A DNA stretch of 64,000 nucleotides from Planctomycetota bacterium (GTDB lineage: Bacteria; Planctomycetota; UBA8108; SXIK01). Under the pieces are notes generated by a model that was not told where the DNA came from, ran no database searches, and worked only from the letters and a program-made list of their open reading frames with translations. The first letter of the stretch is position 1. Each line of letters begins with the position of its first letter. Where the stretch lies: positions 3,787,334 through 3,851,333 of the forward strand of contig CBDCXR010000004.1 in assembly GCA_965223845.1 (NCBI GenBank), written 5' to 3'. Of the stretch, positions 11,184 to 20,358 are shown one piece after another. A program made the position numbers and the translations under genes.

Positions 11184-11833
11184 TGCGCGCCCTCCGCGAA
11201 GAAGTACGCGTAGAGAGGAAGAGACGCGTACCCGACCGCCACGAAGATCGCGAACAGACGACCCGCGATGCGGACGAGCGCAACGCACTTCGGCTGCGAC
11301 AGGCCGAGACTTCGAAACGCGCTTTGAAACCCGTGGCTCACGTGGAGCGCGACGACGCAGGATGCGAAGACGTACCAAATCACGTAGTAGGACCCGTGGA
11401 ACTTGTCGATCACGAGATCGTACAGCGACGCGCCTTCTGCCTTCGCGAACCGGAAGTCCTTGAGGTGGAGAACGAGGAAAACGAGGACGATGATCCCCGA
11501 ATAGATCATGGTCGAGCTCGCGATCGTTCGCTCTCCGGCCGAGGCCCGAGCGACGTAGCGTACGGGGCGCGCACGACGGTTTTCGATCGTCACCCACACG
11601 GCGAAGACGATGTGGACGAGAAAGAGCGCGGCGAGGATCGCTTCCGCCGGGTAGTAGAAGAGGAGGTTCGACGTCATCGCCTCGGCGTAGGCGTCGAAGG
11701 CGTCCTTCCCGAAGAAGAGAAGAAAGTTCCCGAGGAGATGGAGAACCAAGAAGCCGCACAAGAGAAGGCCGCTCACCGCGACGCACTGCTTCTTGCCGAT
11801 GGACGAACAGAGCGTCCGAAACATCCAGGTCAT
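11180..11833 (-). CDS. sdhC: Succinate dehydrogenase cytochrome b subunit (single large 5-TM dihaem type, B. subtilis-like)
   Basis: Five TM helices with conserved His (HLLGNF, HIVFAVW, HLKDF, HVSHGF); immediately upstream of sdhA; start taken at first in-frame ATG (..FMTWMF). Confidence 0.75.
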
Positions 11834-12039
11834 GAAGGTGATCGAACCTCTCTCATCGTCACCGATTCGGGGTAGACGCCGAACAAGAGCGTTGCTGCCG
11901 AAGCGCGCGTGGGGAGCGGCATACGGGCGAACGCCGCGGGAAGAACCCAGATACTGTAGTCTTCGCATCCGCGCCATCAAGCCCCAACGTCGAGGCGATC
12001 GATCGCCGCCGCAAGCGCGGGCATTCGCCCGGTTGGAGG

Positions 12040-12954
12040 TCAGTTTTCAAGGATACTCTCGGCGGCGACGCTCTCGCGCGACGTGGGAGGCGTCGCGCCG
12101 GCTCGAGCGGCCACGTAGGCGCCGCAGCGACAGCTCCATTCGAGCCACTCGGCGGGAGGGACGCCCCGGAAGTACGCGTCGAGGAACCCAGCGAGAAACG
12201 CGTCGCCGGCGCCGACCGTATCTCCGACTCGAACGCGAAACCCCGGGTGCGCGAAAAATGACCCGGCATTGAGAAGGACGGCCCCGTGCGCTCCCCGAGT
12301 CACGCAGAGCGCAGCGAGCTCGAGCTGATCGGCGAGGCGCGCAAGAGCCGACCGAGCGGCGTCCGGATCCGCGAGATCCTTCGGCCCGGCCTCGCCGGTC
12401 GTCCATTCGTACACCCGCGCAAACTCGTCGTCGTTCATCTTCACGAAATCCGCGACGGCTAGCGAGTCCTTCACGATCGCCGCATCGTCGTACGGGGGGC
12501 GGAGATTGACGTCGAAACATCGGATCGCATCGCGCGCCCAAAGCTCCCGCACCGCGAGCCGCGAGCGCTCGGATCTCTGGGCGAGCGAACCGTAGAGAAC
12601 GAGATCCGCGGCGGGGAGGTCGGGGACGGCCATCCGATCCCACGCCGCGGGCGCCAAGATGTCGTAGGCGGGGATGCCGTCCTCGTCCGTCCGGACGAGG
12701 ACGCGCCCGGTCGGCAGCTCGGGGTGAACCGCGATCCCCGCGGTCGACATGCCGAACGCTTCCATGCGGGAGCGCAGCTCCTCGCCGAGCACGTCGTCGC
12801 CGACCGACGAGACGAGCGTCGCTCCGTGCCCGAGTGCGGTCAGGTGGTAACAGACGTTGAAGACCGCTCCTCCGGGGAAGAGGCCGGCCGGCAGCGAGTC
12901 CCAGAGAACCTCGCCGATCGCGACGATCTCCCCCCGACGCGGTGTCCCGCTCAA
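12040..12954 (-). CDS. PfkB-family carbohydrate kinase (fructokinase/ribokinase-like)
   Basis: N-terminal GG motif (AIGEVLWD...PGGAVFNV), C-terminal DTVGAGDAF anion-hole motif; 4-bp overlap with upstream gene. Confidence 0.75.
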   Translation of the reverse strand: MSGTPRRGEIVAIGEVLWDSLPAGLFPGGAVFNVCYHLTALGHGATLVSSVGDDVLGEELRSRMEAFGMSTAGIAVHPELPTGRVLVRTDEDGIPAYDILAPAAWDRMAVPDLPAADLVLYGSLAQRSERSRLAVRELWARDAIRCFDVNLRPPYDDAAIVKDSLAVADFVKMNDDEFARVYEWTTGEAGPKDLADPDAARSALARLADQLELAALCVTRGAHGAVLLNAGSFFAHPGFRVRVGDTVGAGDAFLAGFLDAYFRGVPPAEWLEWSCRCGAYVAARAGATPPTSRESVAAESILEN

Positions 12955-14306
12955 CGCTGCCCTCCGTCCGTGCCCGATTCGCGCTCGGAGCGGGACGGCT
13001 TGGCCTCACCCCGCTTCGTCCGCAGATCGAACGCGATCAGCTTCCGCTCGTCGCGGACGTAGAGGCGACCGCCGGAAAACGTGGGGACCGCCCACGCCGG
13101 CCAATCGAGGACGTCCGGAACCTCCGCGACGATCTTGTGTCCCTCGGGAGTCAAGCGAAGGAGATAGAGCTGACCGCGCTCGCCGAGAGCGATGAAATGG
13201 CCGTCGCCGTAGATGAACGTTCCCCGGCCGAGCGGGCTCCGCCACCGCCACTTCACGCGGCCCGTCGCGAGCTCGACGCAGTGGAGCTGAGCTTGACCTT
13301 CGTGCCGCCCGGCGAATCCGTACACGTGATCGTCCACGCAAACGATCGTCGACCAGTGGCTGTCGAGGATCTTCTCGCGCGAGAGGAGGTCGTCTTTCCA
13401 CAAGACGTCGTAGTCGTCTGCTCGAAGCCGAAGCGCGACCGCGCCGGTACCGTAGGTCGCCGAGAACAGCAGCTTGTCGCCGACGACGAGCGGCGTCGAA
13501 GCATTGACGGATTCGTGCTTCCTCGAACGCCAGGGAAAGTCCCATTTTCGTCGCCCAGCGACCGGGTCGAAGCACGCCATTCCCCCGCGGTGAAAGACGA
13601 AGAGTCGATCGACGCCAGCGACGGGGACCACGCGCGCGGCGGCGTAGCTTCCGCCTGCGGTCTTCTCCTTCCACACCGTCTCCCCCGTCCGCGCCTCCAG
13701 CGCGAGAGTGAGACCCGAGACTCCCATCGTCCCGCCCAAGTTGACGTAAAGGCGCCCACCGTGAAGCGCCGGGGCGGCGCCGACGCCGAAAAAATTTTGC
13801 GTCAGCGAGTACTCGCCGAGGAGATCGCGCCTCCACGCTTTTCGCCCGCTCTCGAGCTCGATCGCGTGGAGGATTCCGTTCGGGCCCAGTGTGTAAACGA
13901 GCTTCTTCTCCGCTGTGACGTCGACCTGGGGGCAGCAACGCGGCCCCCCGCTATACCCCCACGCGTCGACGTAGTCGGTGTCGTAGCTAAACCTCCAGCG
14001 ACGATCGCCGGTCTCCGGGTCGAGGTCGTCCACGTGCATCTGACCGCGGACGCGATGGAAGAAGATCAGATGCTCGCCGACGACGATCACCGAGCTGTAT
14101 CCCTCGCCGCCAGGGATGCGGAAGAGCTCGGGCGGACCGGTCTCGGGCCAGTCCTTCAGCCAGCCCGTCTCATCGAACGTAGCATCTTGCCGAGGGCCGA
14201 GCCAAAGGGCCCAATCGGTCGCGCTCACGCGCGAAGGGAGCGCGGTTCCGACGATCGCCGCCAGCACTGCGAGCCAACGCCCGTCCCATCGAAGGTTTCG
14301 ACGCAT
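12951..14306 (-). CDS. Secreted PQQ-like / BamB-like beta-propeller repeat protein
   Basis: Signal peptide MRRNLRWDGRWLAVLAAIVG, repeated W-x-propeller blades (GRKAWRRDL, GETVWKEKT, GRRKWDF, GRVKWRW); start set at internal Met 14306. Confidence 0.7.
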   Translation of the reverse strand: MRRNLRWDGRWLAVLAAIVGTALPSRVSATDWALWLGPRQDATFDETGWLKDWPETGPPELFRIPGGEGYSSVIVVGEHLIFFHRVRGQMHVDDLDPETGDRRWRFSYDTDYVDAWGYSGGPRCCPQVDVTAEKKLVYTLGPNGILHAIELESGRKAWRRDLLGEYSLTQNFFGVGAAPALHGGRLYVNLGGTMGVSGLTLALEARTGETVWKEKTAGGSYAAARVVPVAGVDRLFVFHRGGMACFDPVAGRRKWDFPWRSRKHESVNASTPLVVGDKLLFSATYGTGAVALRLRADDYDVLWKDDLLSREKILDSHWSTIVCVDDHVYGFAGRHEGQAQLHCVELATGRVKWRWRSPLGRGTFIYGDGHFIALGERGQLYLLRLTPEGHKIVAEVPDVLDWPAWAVPTFSGGRLYVRDERKLIAFDLRTKRGEAKPSRSERESGTDGGQR

Positions 14307-14851
14307 CGATCTCTGCCTTTCCCCCGAGCGCGATCCACCACCGGCGACGAGACGCGCTCGCAGCGAGGTCATCGCGCGCGCACCTCGCCCGCGATCACGC
14401 GACGGCGTATTCTCCGCGGATGGCACGCGCCCCGCAACTTTCGTGCGGGTGTGCCCTCGTCCGCGGGACTCGCAGCTCCGGCTGAACGACGTCGCGCCCG
14501 GGAGGGCAAAAGGGAATCGGAAGGGGTCGACCTGGTCGCGTCGAGCGCGACTTCACTCTCGGGGTGCACACTTGGAACACCCCCACGTCCGCGGTCCAAA
14601 CGGTCCCCGGAGGCCGGTGACCACGAGAGCGCGCGGGCAGTCCGAGGTTCTTCTGTCCGCGTCTCGTCAAACCCCTTCCGAACCGATGAGCCTGTCTAGA
14701 CTCGCGCTCTACCATGCCTCAGAACAGTGCAAATGGCACGCGAAAAAAACCACCGAGGGGAAGACTTTCCGCCGAGCCTCACGGGCCCCGAACATCGCGG
14801 CTGAACCGCCCGCGAACTCGGAGAGCGGAGCGAGAAACACGGCGACTCGAC

Positions 14852-15997
14852 TCAAGAAAGTCGACGTCGATAGTCGTCGTAGTCGAATTCTCGGACGACG
14901 CGGAGACGATCGGTCTCGGGATCGAAGAGCGCGATCGAGGGGAGCCGAACGCCATTGAACGTCGTCGTCTTCACCATCGTGTAGTGGATCATGTCCTCGA
15001 AGACGACCCGATCTCCCACCCCGAGCGGCTCGTCGAACGAATAGTCGCCGATCACGTCTCCCGCGAGACAAGTCAGTCCGCCGAGACGATACGAGTACGG
15101 TTTCTCGCCCGGGCGTCCCGCGCCGCGAACCTCCGGTCGGTAGGGCATCTCGAGCACGTCCGGCATGTGCGCCGTCGCAGAAGTATCGAGAATCGCGATG
15201 TCGATGACGTTTCGAACGACGTCGAGAACCGACGCGACGAGAACGCCGGTCTCCCACCCGATGGCCTCCCCCGGCTCGAGGTAGACGTCGACTCCGTACC
15301 GCTCGCGAAAGCGGGAGATCAGTGCGCAGAGTCGCTCGACGTCGTACCCCGCGCGGGTAATGTGGTGACCGCCGCCGAAGTTCACCCACTCGACCCGCTC
15401 GAGCGCCGGGCCGAACCCTTCCTCGACTGCGACCAGAGCGCGCTCGAGAACGTCGGCGCCCTGACCGCAAAGCGCGTGGAAGTGGAGTCCCCGAATCGGC
15501 CCGAGAGCGTCCGCCGAGAAGTCGAACTCGCGGCGCGGAATTCCGAGCCGCGACTGCGGCGCGCACGGATCGTAGAGCGCGACCTCGACCTCGGAGTGCT
15601 CGGGATTGACGCGGAGGCCGGGAGACACGCGACCATCGGTCGCCTCTACGGCCCCGCGAAACCGCCGCCACTGCGCGAACGAGTTGAAGCTCACGTGATC
15701 GGCGATCTCGAGGATCGCCGGAAACTCCGCGTCCGAGTAGGCCGGGGCGTAGACGTGGAGCTCACCGCCGAACTCCTCGGCCCCGAGGCGCGCCTCGTGG
15801 AGGCTGCTCGCCGCCGTGCCCGCGAGATAGCGCGCGCAGAGCGGAGCCGCGGCGTGGAGCGCGAATCCCTTGAGCGCGAGAAGCACTCGCGCTCCGCTGG
15901 ACTCGCTGACTCCGCGCAAGACGCGTAGGTTTCGCTCGAGGCGCTTCTCGTTGCAGACGAAGCAGGGCGAGGGCGCCCGAGCGGGATCGAAGGTCAA
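14852..15997 (-). CDS. nspC: Carboxynorspermidine/carboxyspermidine decarboxylase (PLP fold-III decarboxylase)
   Basis: Family similarity over about 380 aa (FVCNEKRLERNLRVL..., HALCGQGAD, GGGHHITRAGYDV, CLAGDVIGDY); no in-frame ATG, so a TTG start overlapping the upstream TGA (TTGA) is proposed; start uncertain. Confidence 0.7.
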   Translation of the reverse strand: MTFDPARAPSPCFVCNEKRLERNLRVLRGVSESSGARVLLALKGFALHAAAPLCARYLAGTAASSLHEARLGAEEFGGELHVYAPAYSDAEFPAILEIADHVSFNSFAQWRRFRGAVEATDGRVSPGLRVNPEHSEVEVALYDPCAPQSRLGIPRREFDFSADALGPIRGLHFHALCGQGADVLERALVAVEEGFGPALERVEWVNFGGGHHITRAGYDVERLCALISRFRERYGVDVYLEPGEAIGWETGVLVASVLDVVRNVIDIAILDTSATAHMPDVLEMPYRPEVRGAGRPGEKPYSYRLGGLTCLAGDVIGDYSFDEPLGVGDRVVFEDMIHYTMVKTTTFNGVRLPSIALFDPETDRLRVVREFDYDDYRRRLS

Positions 15998-17169
15998 AGA
16001 TCTCGCTCCACCCAGGGGAGCCCGTACGTCGGGAGAAGCTCCATGAACGGAGACGGGTCGAGTTGCTCGACATTGAACACGCCCTCGCCGCGCCAGATTC
16101 CGCGGAGCAGAAGCTGGGCCCCGATCATCGCCGGCACTCCCGTCGTGTACGAAACCGCCTGCGCGCCGACCTCGCGGTAGCACTCCGCGTGGTCGCACAC
16201 GTTGTAGATGTACATCTTCCGCGGACGCCCGCCCGAATCTCCCTCGACGATGCACCCGATGCACGTCTTCCCGGCGTAAGTCTCACCCAGACGCCCCGGA
16301 TCGGGGAGGACGGCCTTCAGAAACTGCAGCGGAACGATCGAGTGGCCCTCGTACTCGACTGGGTCGATGCGCGTCATGCCGACGTTCTGAAGGACGCGAA
16401 GATGCGTGAGGTACTCGTCGCCGAACGTCATCCAAAAGCGGATGCGTTCGACCCCCGGAATGAACTTCGCGAGCGACTCCAGCTCCTCGTGGTAGAGGAG
16501 ATACATCCGCCGCGGTCCGATCTCCGGAAAGTCGAACGTCTCTGAGACGGACAGCGGCTCCGTCTCGACCCAGGCGCCGTTCTCGTAGTACTTCCCTCGC
16601 TGCGTGATCTCCCGGACGTTGATCTCCGGATTGAAATTCGTCGCGAACGGGTGGCCGTGGTCGCCGCCGTTGCAGTCGAGGATATCGATGGTTCGAATGG
16701 AGTCGAAGCGCTCCTTCGCGAGGTGAGCACAGAAGATGCTCGTCACGCCGGGATCGAATCCGCAGCCGAGGAGCGCCATGATGCCGCGCTCGCGAAAGCG
16801 ATCGTGATACTCCCATTGCCAGCGATAGCAGAACTTCGCCTCGTCCGGCGGCTCGTAGTTCGCCGTGTCGAGGTAGTGGACGCCAGTCGCGAGGCACGCG
16901 TCCATGATCGCGAGATCTTGATAGGGAAGTGCGACGTTGACGACGAGGTCGGGACCGAAGTCTTCGATCAGGCTCACGGTCTCGTCGACGTGATCCGCGT
17001 TCACCTGGGCCGTACGGATCGGGCGGTCGATCGCCGCTGCGATGCGATCACACTTCTCGAGCGTACGGCTCGCGAGACAGATCTCCTCGAACACCTCCGG
17101 CACCGCCGCGCACTTCCGCGCGACGACGTTTCCCACTCCGCCCGCCCCGATGATGAGTACTCTCGGCAT
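15994..17169 (-). CDS. Carboxynorspermidine/carboxyspermidine dehydrogenase (saccharopine dehydrogenase family)
   Basis: Rossmann MPRVLIIGAGGVGNVV, full-length family match; ATG 17169 preceded by GGAGG; the listed ORF starts at an upstream GTG. Confidence 0.8.
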   Translation of the reverse strand: MPRVLIIGAGGVGNVVARKCAAVPEVFEEICLASRTLEKCDRIAAAIDRPIRTAQVNADHVDETVSLIEDFGPDLVVNVALPYQDLAIMDACLATGVHYLDTANYEPPDEAKFCYRWQWEYHDRFRERGIMALLGCGFDPGVTSIFCAHLAKERFDSIRTIDILDCNGGDHGHPFATNFNPEINVREITQRGKYYENGAWVETEPLSVSETFDFPEIGPRRMYLLYHEELESLAKFIPGVERIRFWMTFGDEYLTHLRVLQNVGMTRIDPVEYEGHSIVPLQFLKAVLPDPGRLGETYAGKTCIGCIVEGDSGGRPRKMYIYNVCDHAECYREVGAQAVSYTTGVPAMIGAQLLLRGIWRGEGVFNVEQLDPSPFMELLPTYGLPWVERDL

Positions 17170-17309
17170 CCCGACCTCCGGCACGGACCTCGCCGCGCCG
17201 AACGGATCGCGGGCGACAGCTCGGAGCCAGGATGTACCCGATGGACCGGGGCGGGAACAGAGCTAATTCACCGCGCGAAAACGCCTTCGCGGGCGTGTCG
17301 ACGTCGGGG

Positions 17310-18500
17310 TCAACAAGAGCCGTAGACACACTCCGTGTGCTCGTCGTCGACGGTCGGGTCCGGGCCGCAAGTCTCGAGACCCGGCGGAGCCGGAGGCGCC
17401 TCACCCTGAAAGAGGCTCCCGAGAAGATGGAGCGGGTCGTTCAGATTGATCCCGCCGTCGTCGTTCACATCGGAGGCATCGGGACAGGGGGATGGATCCG
17501 CGCTCTTGAAGAGGTGGTTCAGGAGAGAAATCGCATCCGAAATATTGACCGATCCGTCGGTGTCGAAGTCGCCGCGGCGAAAGTCGACGGCCGGTGCGTC
17601 GCCGATGATCGCCGTACAGGTGAGGCTACCGTCCTCGCCGCAAGCGATGTCGCAGACGGACGCGACGAGCGTGTAGACATTCTCTCCGGCAACCGGCTCG
17701 GAATCGGTGTACCCCGTCGACGTGACGCGCGGTTGGTTCTCGAGCGGCACTCCGTTTCGCGAGAGCTCGATGCTCGTGTACGCGGTCCCCGCCGGACGCG
17801 TCCAGCGAACGCGAACCGAGCCGTTGTCGCGGACTTCGCAGGTGATCTCGGTCGGGCAGGGATCCGCATCGTCGACGAAAAGCTCCGGCTCGAGAACGAA
17901 ATCCGAGCTGTCGAGCGACGTATTGTGTCCCTGAATCGCGATGACGTTTTCGCCCGCTTGAAGCGAAGCGATCGCCTCGCAGTTGCTGATCACTATGCTC
18001 TGAAACTGATTCTCGCTCGCCCGATTCGTCGCCGTGGCGTCGAACGGAACTGGATCGCCGGGGTTCCCCGGGAGACCGACGCGCGCGGCCTCGATTCCGT
18101 TGATGTACGCCACGAAGCCGTCGTCGTAGCGAATGAAGAGCCTCAGCTTCGAGACCGCACTCGGATCGTCGATAGTAAAGATGCTGCGGATGTAGAGGCT
18201 CCAGAACCCGGTGTTGCCTCCACCGCCCTGCATCCCGTCGATCATGGTGTTGATCCAGGCCTCGCCGTACCCGAGCGCACTCGGACCGAGATCCCAGCGC
18301 CGATCGTCGTACTCGGCGGTGAACCAATCGGGATCGGGCTCTTCCACGCCGGGAAAGTACGTCCAGAGGTCACCGGATTGGATCAGCTGGACTTCTTCCG
18401 TCTTCGCCGGGGCCGCGAACACGAACGCGACGACGAACGGGACCGCAGACCGAGCGAAGCGCTTCGCTCCCACAAGCCTCTTCGGATGAACAGCGCGCAT
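17310..18500 (-). CDS. Secreted protein: galactose-binding-like/CBM-like domain, FN3-like domain, C-terminal dockerin-like double Ca-binding-loop module
   Basis: Signal peptide; C-terminus RGDFDTDGSVNISDAISLLNHLF...DASDVNDDGGINLNDPLHLLGSLFQGEAPPAPPGLETCGPDPT; ATG 18500 preceded by GAGGGAGGG. Confidence 0.65.
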   Translation of the reverse strand: MRAVHPKRLVGAKRFARSAVPFVVAFVFAAPAKTEEVQLIQSGDLWTYFPGVEEPDPDWFTAEYDDRRWDLGPSALGYGEAWINTMIDGMQGGGGNTGFWSLYIRSIFTIDDPSAVSKLRLFIRYDDGFVAYINGIEAARVGLPGNPGDPVPFDATATNRASENQFQSIVISNCEAIASLQAGENVIAIQGHNTSLDSSDFVLEPELFVDDADPCPTEITCEVRDNGSVRVRWTRPAGTAYTSIELSRNGVPLENQPRVTSTGYTDSEPVAGENVYTLVASVCDIACGEDGSLTCTAIIGDAPAVDFRRGDFDTDGSVNISDAISLLNHLFKSADPSPCPDASDVNDDGGINLNDPLHLLGSLFQGEAPPAPPGLETCGPDPTVDDEHTECVYGSC

Positions 18501-18835
18501 CACACCCTCCCTCACGAACGTTCGCGACGCATCGGCCGCCGGATCGTAGCGAATCGAATCTCAAACCGGACGGCTTTGCGAGACCACAGTCGCGCCGCTC
18601 AGCGAGCGGCTCCGACCGAGCGGCGCCTCCGAGACCCCTGGAGATCCGCCGCAGGCAAGCGTCCGAGCGCCTTCCATTTAATGAGCGCTCGCCTCCCCTG
18701 TAAAGAACGGCGACGTGTCGACGCCGACTTCACTTGCCGCTCGGCGACGAATCGGTCAACATTCCCAGCCCGCGGGCGAGAGCCATCTACGATGAGGAGC
18801 CCGCCGCGAGTCCACTACCGCAAGGCGAACACCGC

Positions 18836-20140
18836 GTGAGCTCGACGCACAACACCTTCGTGGGATTCGGCTTCGGTGCAATTCAGGCCGGGCTCTTCGC
18901 GCTCGAGGCCCAGCGCTCCGGACGCTTCGAGCGGATCGTGCTGGTCGAGGTCATCCCGGAGCTGGTCCACGCCGTTCGAGCGGCCGAAGGACGCTTTCGC
19001 GTCAACGTCGCCCACCTCGACCGGGTCGAGGACGTCGGCGTCGGTCCCGTCGAGATCTACGATCCCGCCGACGCGAGCGATCGCAGCCGGATCGTTCGCG
19101 CGATCGGCGAGGCCGCCGAGCTCGCCACGGCCGTTCCGAGCGTCGGCGCCTACTCGACCGGCGAACCCTCGAGCATCGACCGGCTGCTCGCGGACGGACT
19201 CGCCGCGCGACACGGGTCGGATCGCTCCGCGCCGCCACTCGTCGTCTACGCCGCGGAAAACCAGCTCGAAGCCGCAGCGATCCTCCGCGGAAAAGTCGCG
19301 AGCGCACTCGCGGGGACACCGCACCGCGACGCGGTTCTCTCCGGCGCCTGCTTTCTCGATACGGTGATCGGGAAAATGAGCGCGGTCGTGAGTGATCCTC
19401 GCCGTATCGCGGCGGAAACGCTCGCTCCGATCGCTCCAGGGATCGACCGCGCGTTCCTCGTCGAAGCGTTTCGCCACATTCTCGTCTCGCGGGTAGAGCG
19501 CGCCGACGGAACGCGCATCGATCGCTGCCTCGACATCTTCGAGGAGAAGGTCGACCTCACGCCTTTCGAGGAAGCGAAGCTCTTCGGTCACAACGCGACG
19601 CACGCGCTCGCCGGCTACCTTGCGGCGGCGCTCGGAATCGGTCGGATGGCGGAAATCGCAAGCGTTCCGGGGGCAATCGAGTTTCTTCGCGACGCGTTCA
19701 CCACGGAGTCTTGGCCCGCGCTCGCAGCTCGTTGGGCGGACGTCGATCCGCTCTTCACCACGTCCGGCTACGCGCGCTACGGCGACGAGCTCATCGACCG
19801 GATGCTCAATCCGTTCCTCGGCGATCCGGTCGCCCGCATCACCCGCGATCCCGAGCGCAAGCTCGGCTGGGATGATCGACTCGTCGGCGTGGTGCGACGG
19901 GCGCGCGCAGCCGGGGTGCCCGCACGGCGCTACGCGCTCGGGACGGTCGCGGCTCTCGATGCGAATTCCCCGGCGCTCCTCTCGAGCTGGTCCGAAGCCG
20001 AGACGTTCCTCCGAAACCTCTGGCCCGCGAGCGCGCCCGCCGGCGAAGTCGAGGCGATCCTCGATCTCGTTCGCGACGCAACGGGGGCGTTTCTCCGGTG
20101 GCGGAGCTCGGCGAGCCGAACATTTCCCTCGGTCGAGTAG
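18836..20140 (+). CDS. Mannitol dehydrogenase family protein (mannitol-1-phosphate 5-dehydrogenase-like)
   Basis: N-terminal FVGFGFGAIQAGLF dinucleotide fold; KLFGHNATHALAGYLAAALG matches the MtlD KLFTLNTGHA region; start uncertain (GTG 18836 versus TTG 18734). Confidence 0.6.
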   Translation: MSSTHNTFVGFGFGAIQAGLFALEAQRSGRFERIVLVEVIPELVHAVRAAEGRFRVNVAHLDRVEDVGVGPVEIYDPADASDRSRIVRAIGEAAELATAVPSVGAYSTGEPSSIDRLLADGLAARHGSDRSAPPLVVYAAENQLEAAAILRGKVASALAGTPHRDAVLSGACFLDTVIGKMSAVVSDPRRIAAETLAPIAPGIDRAFLVEAFRHILVSRVERADGTRIDRCLDIFEEKVDLTPFEEAKLFGHNATHALAGYLAAALGIGRMAEIASVPGAIEFLRDAFTTESWPALAARWADVDPLFTTSGYARYGDELIDRMLNPFLGDPVARITRDPERKLGWDDRLVGVVRRARAAGVPARRYALGTVAALDANSPALLSSWSEAETFLRNLWPASAPAGEVEAILDLVRDATGAFLRWRSSASRTFPSVE

Positions 20141-20358
20141 CGGGACCGCGCCGCCCGTCCGGTGAGCGGGGCCACGCGGCGGTCTCCCACCGTCCCGCTC
20201 GACGCCGCCGGCGCCCGGGCTCGATCGCGAGCGAAGGGCTGCCACGGAACGGTGAATTTGAGAGAATGGCCGGCCGGCTCCGCGCGCGACGCGGGTGGAC
20301 GCAGCGGACGGACGAGCAACGACACCGAACGACCGAGAGGAATCCCCAGAAGTCTACG

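Noticed and set aside
12942-14699. 585-aa + strand ORF
   Set aside because: Antisense to the PQQ-propeller gene and extending into the non-coding region; no family similarity.
14307-14851. Possible RNase P RNA, tmRNA or SRP RNA in the long intergenic region
   Set aside because: Searched by eye for the conserved P4 (GGAAAGUCCGG / ACAGAACCCGGCUUA), tmRNA 3' (GGUUCGAUUCC..CCACCA) and SRP domain IV (AGGUCCGGAAGGAAGCAGC) motifs on both strands and found none. Kept only as a generic structured-RNA candidate.
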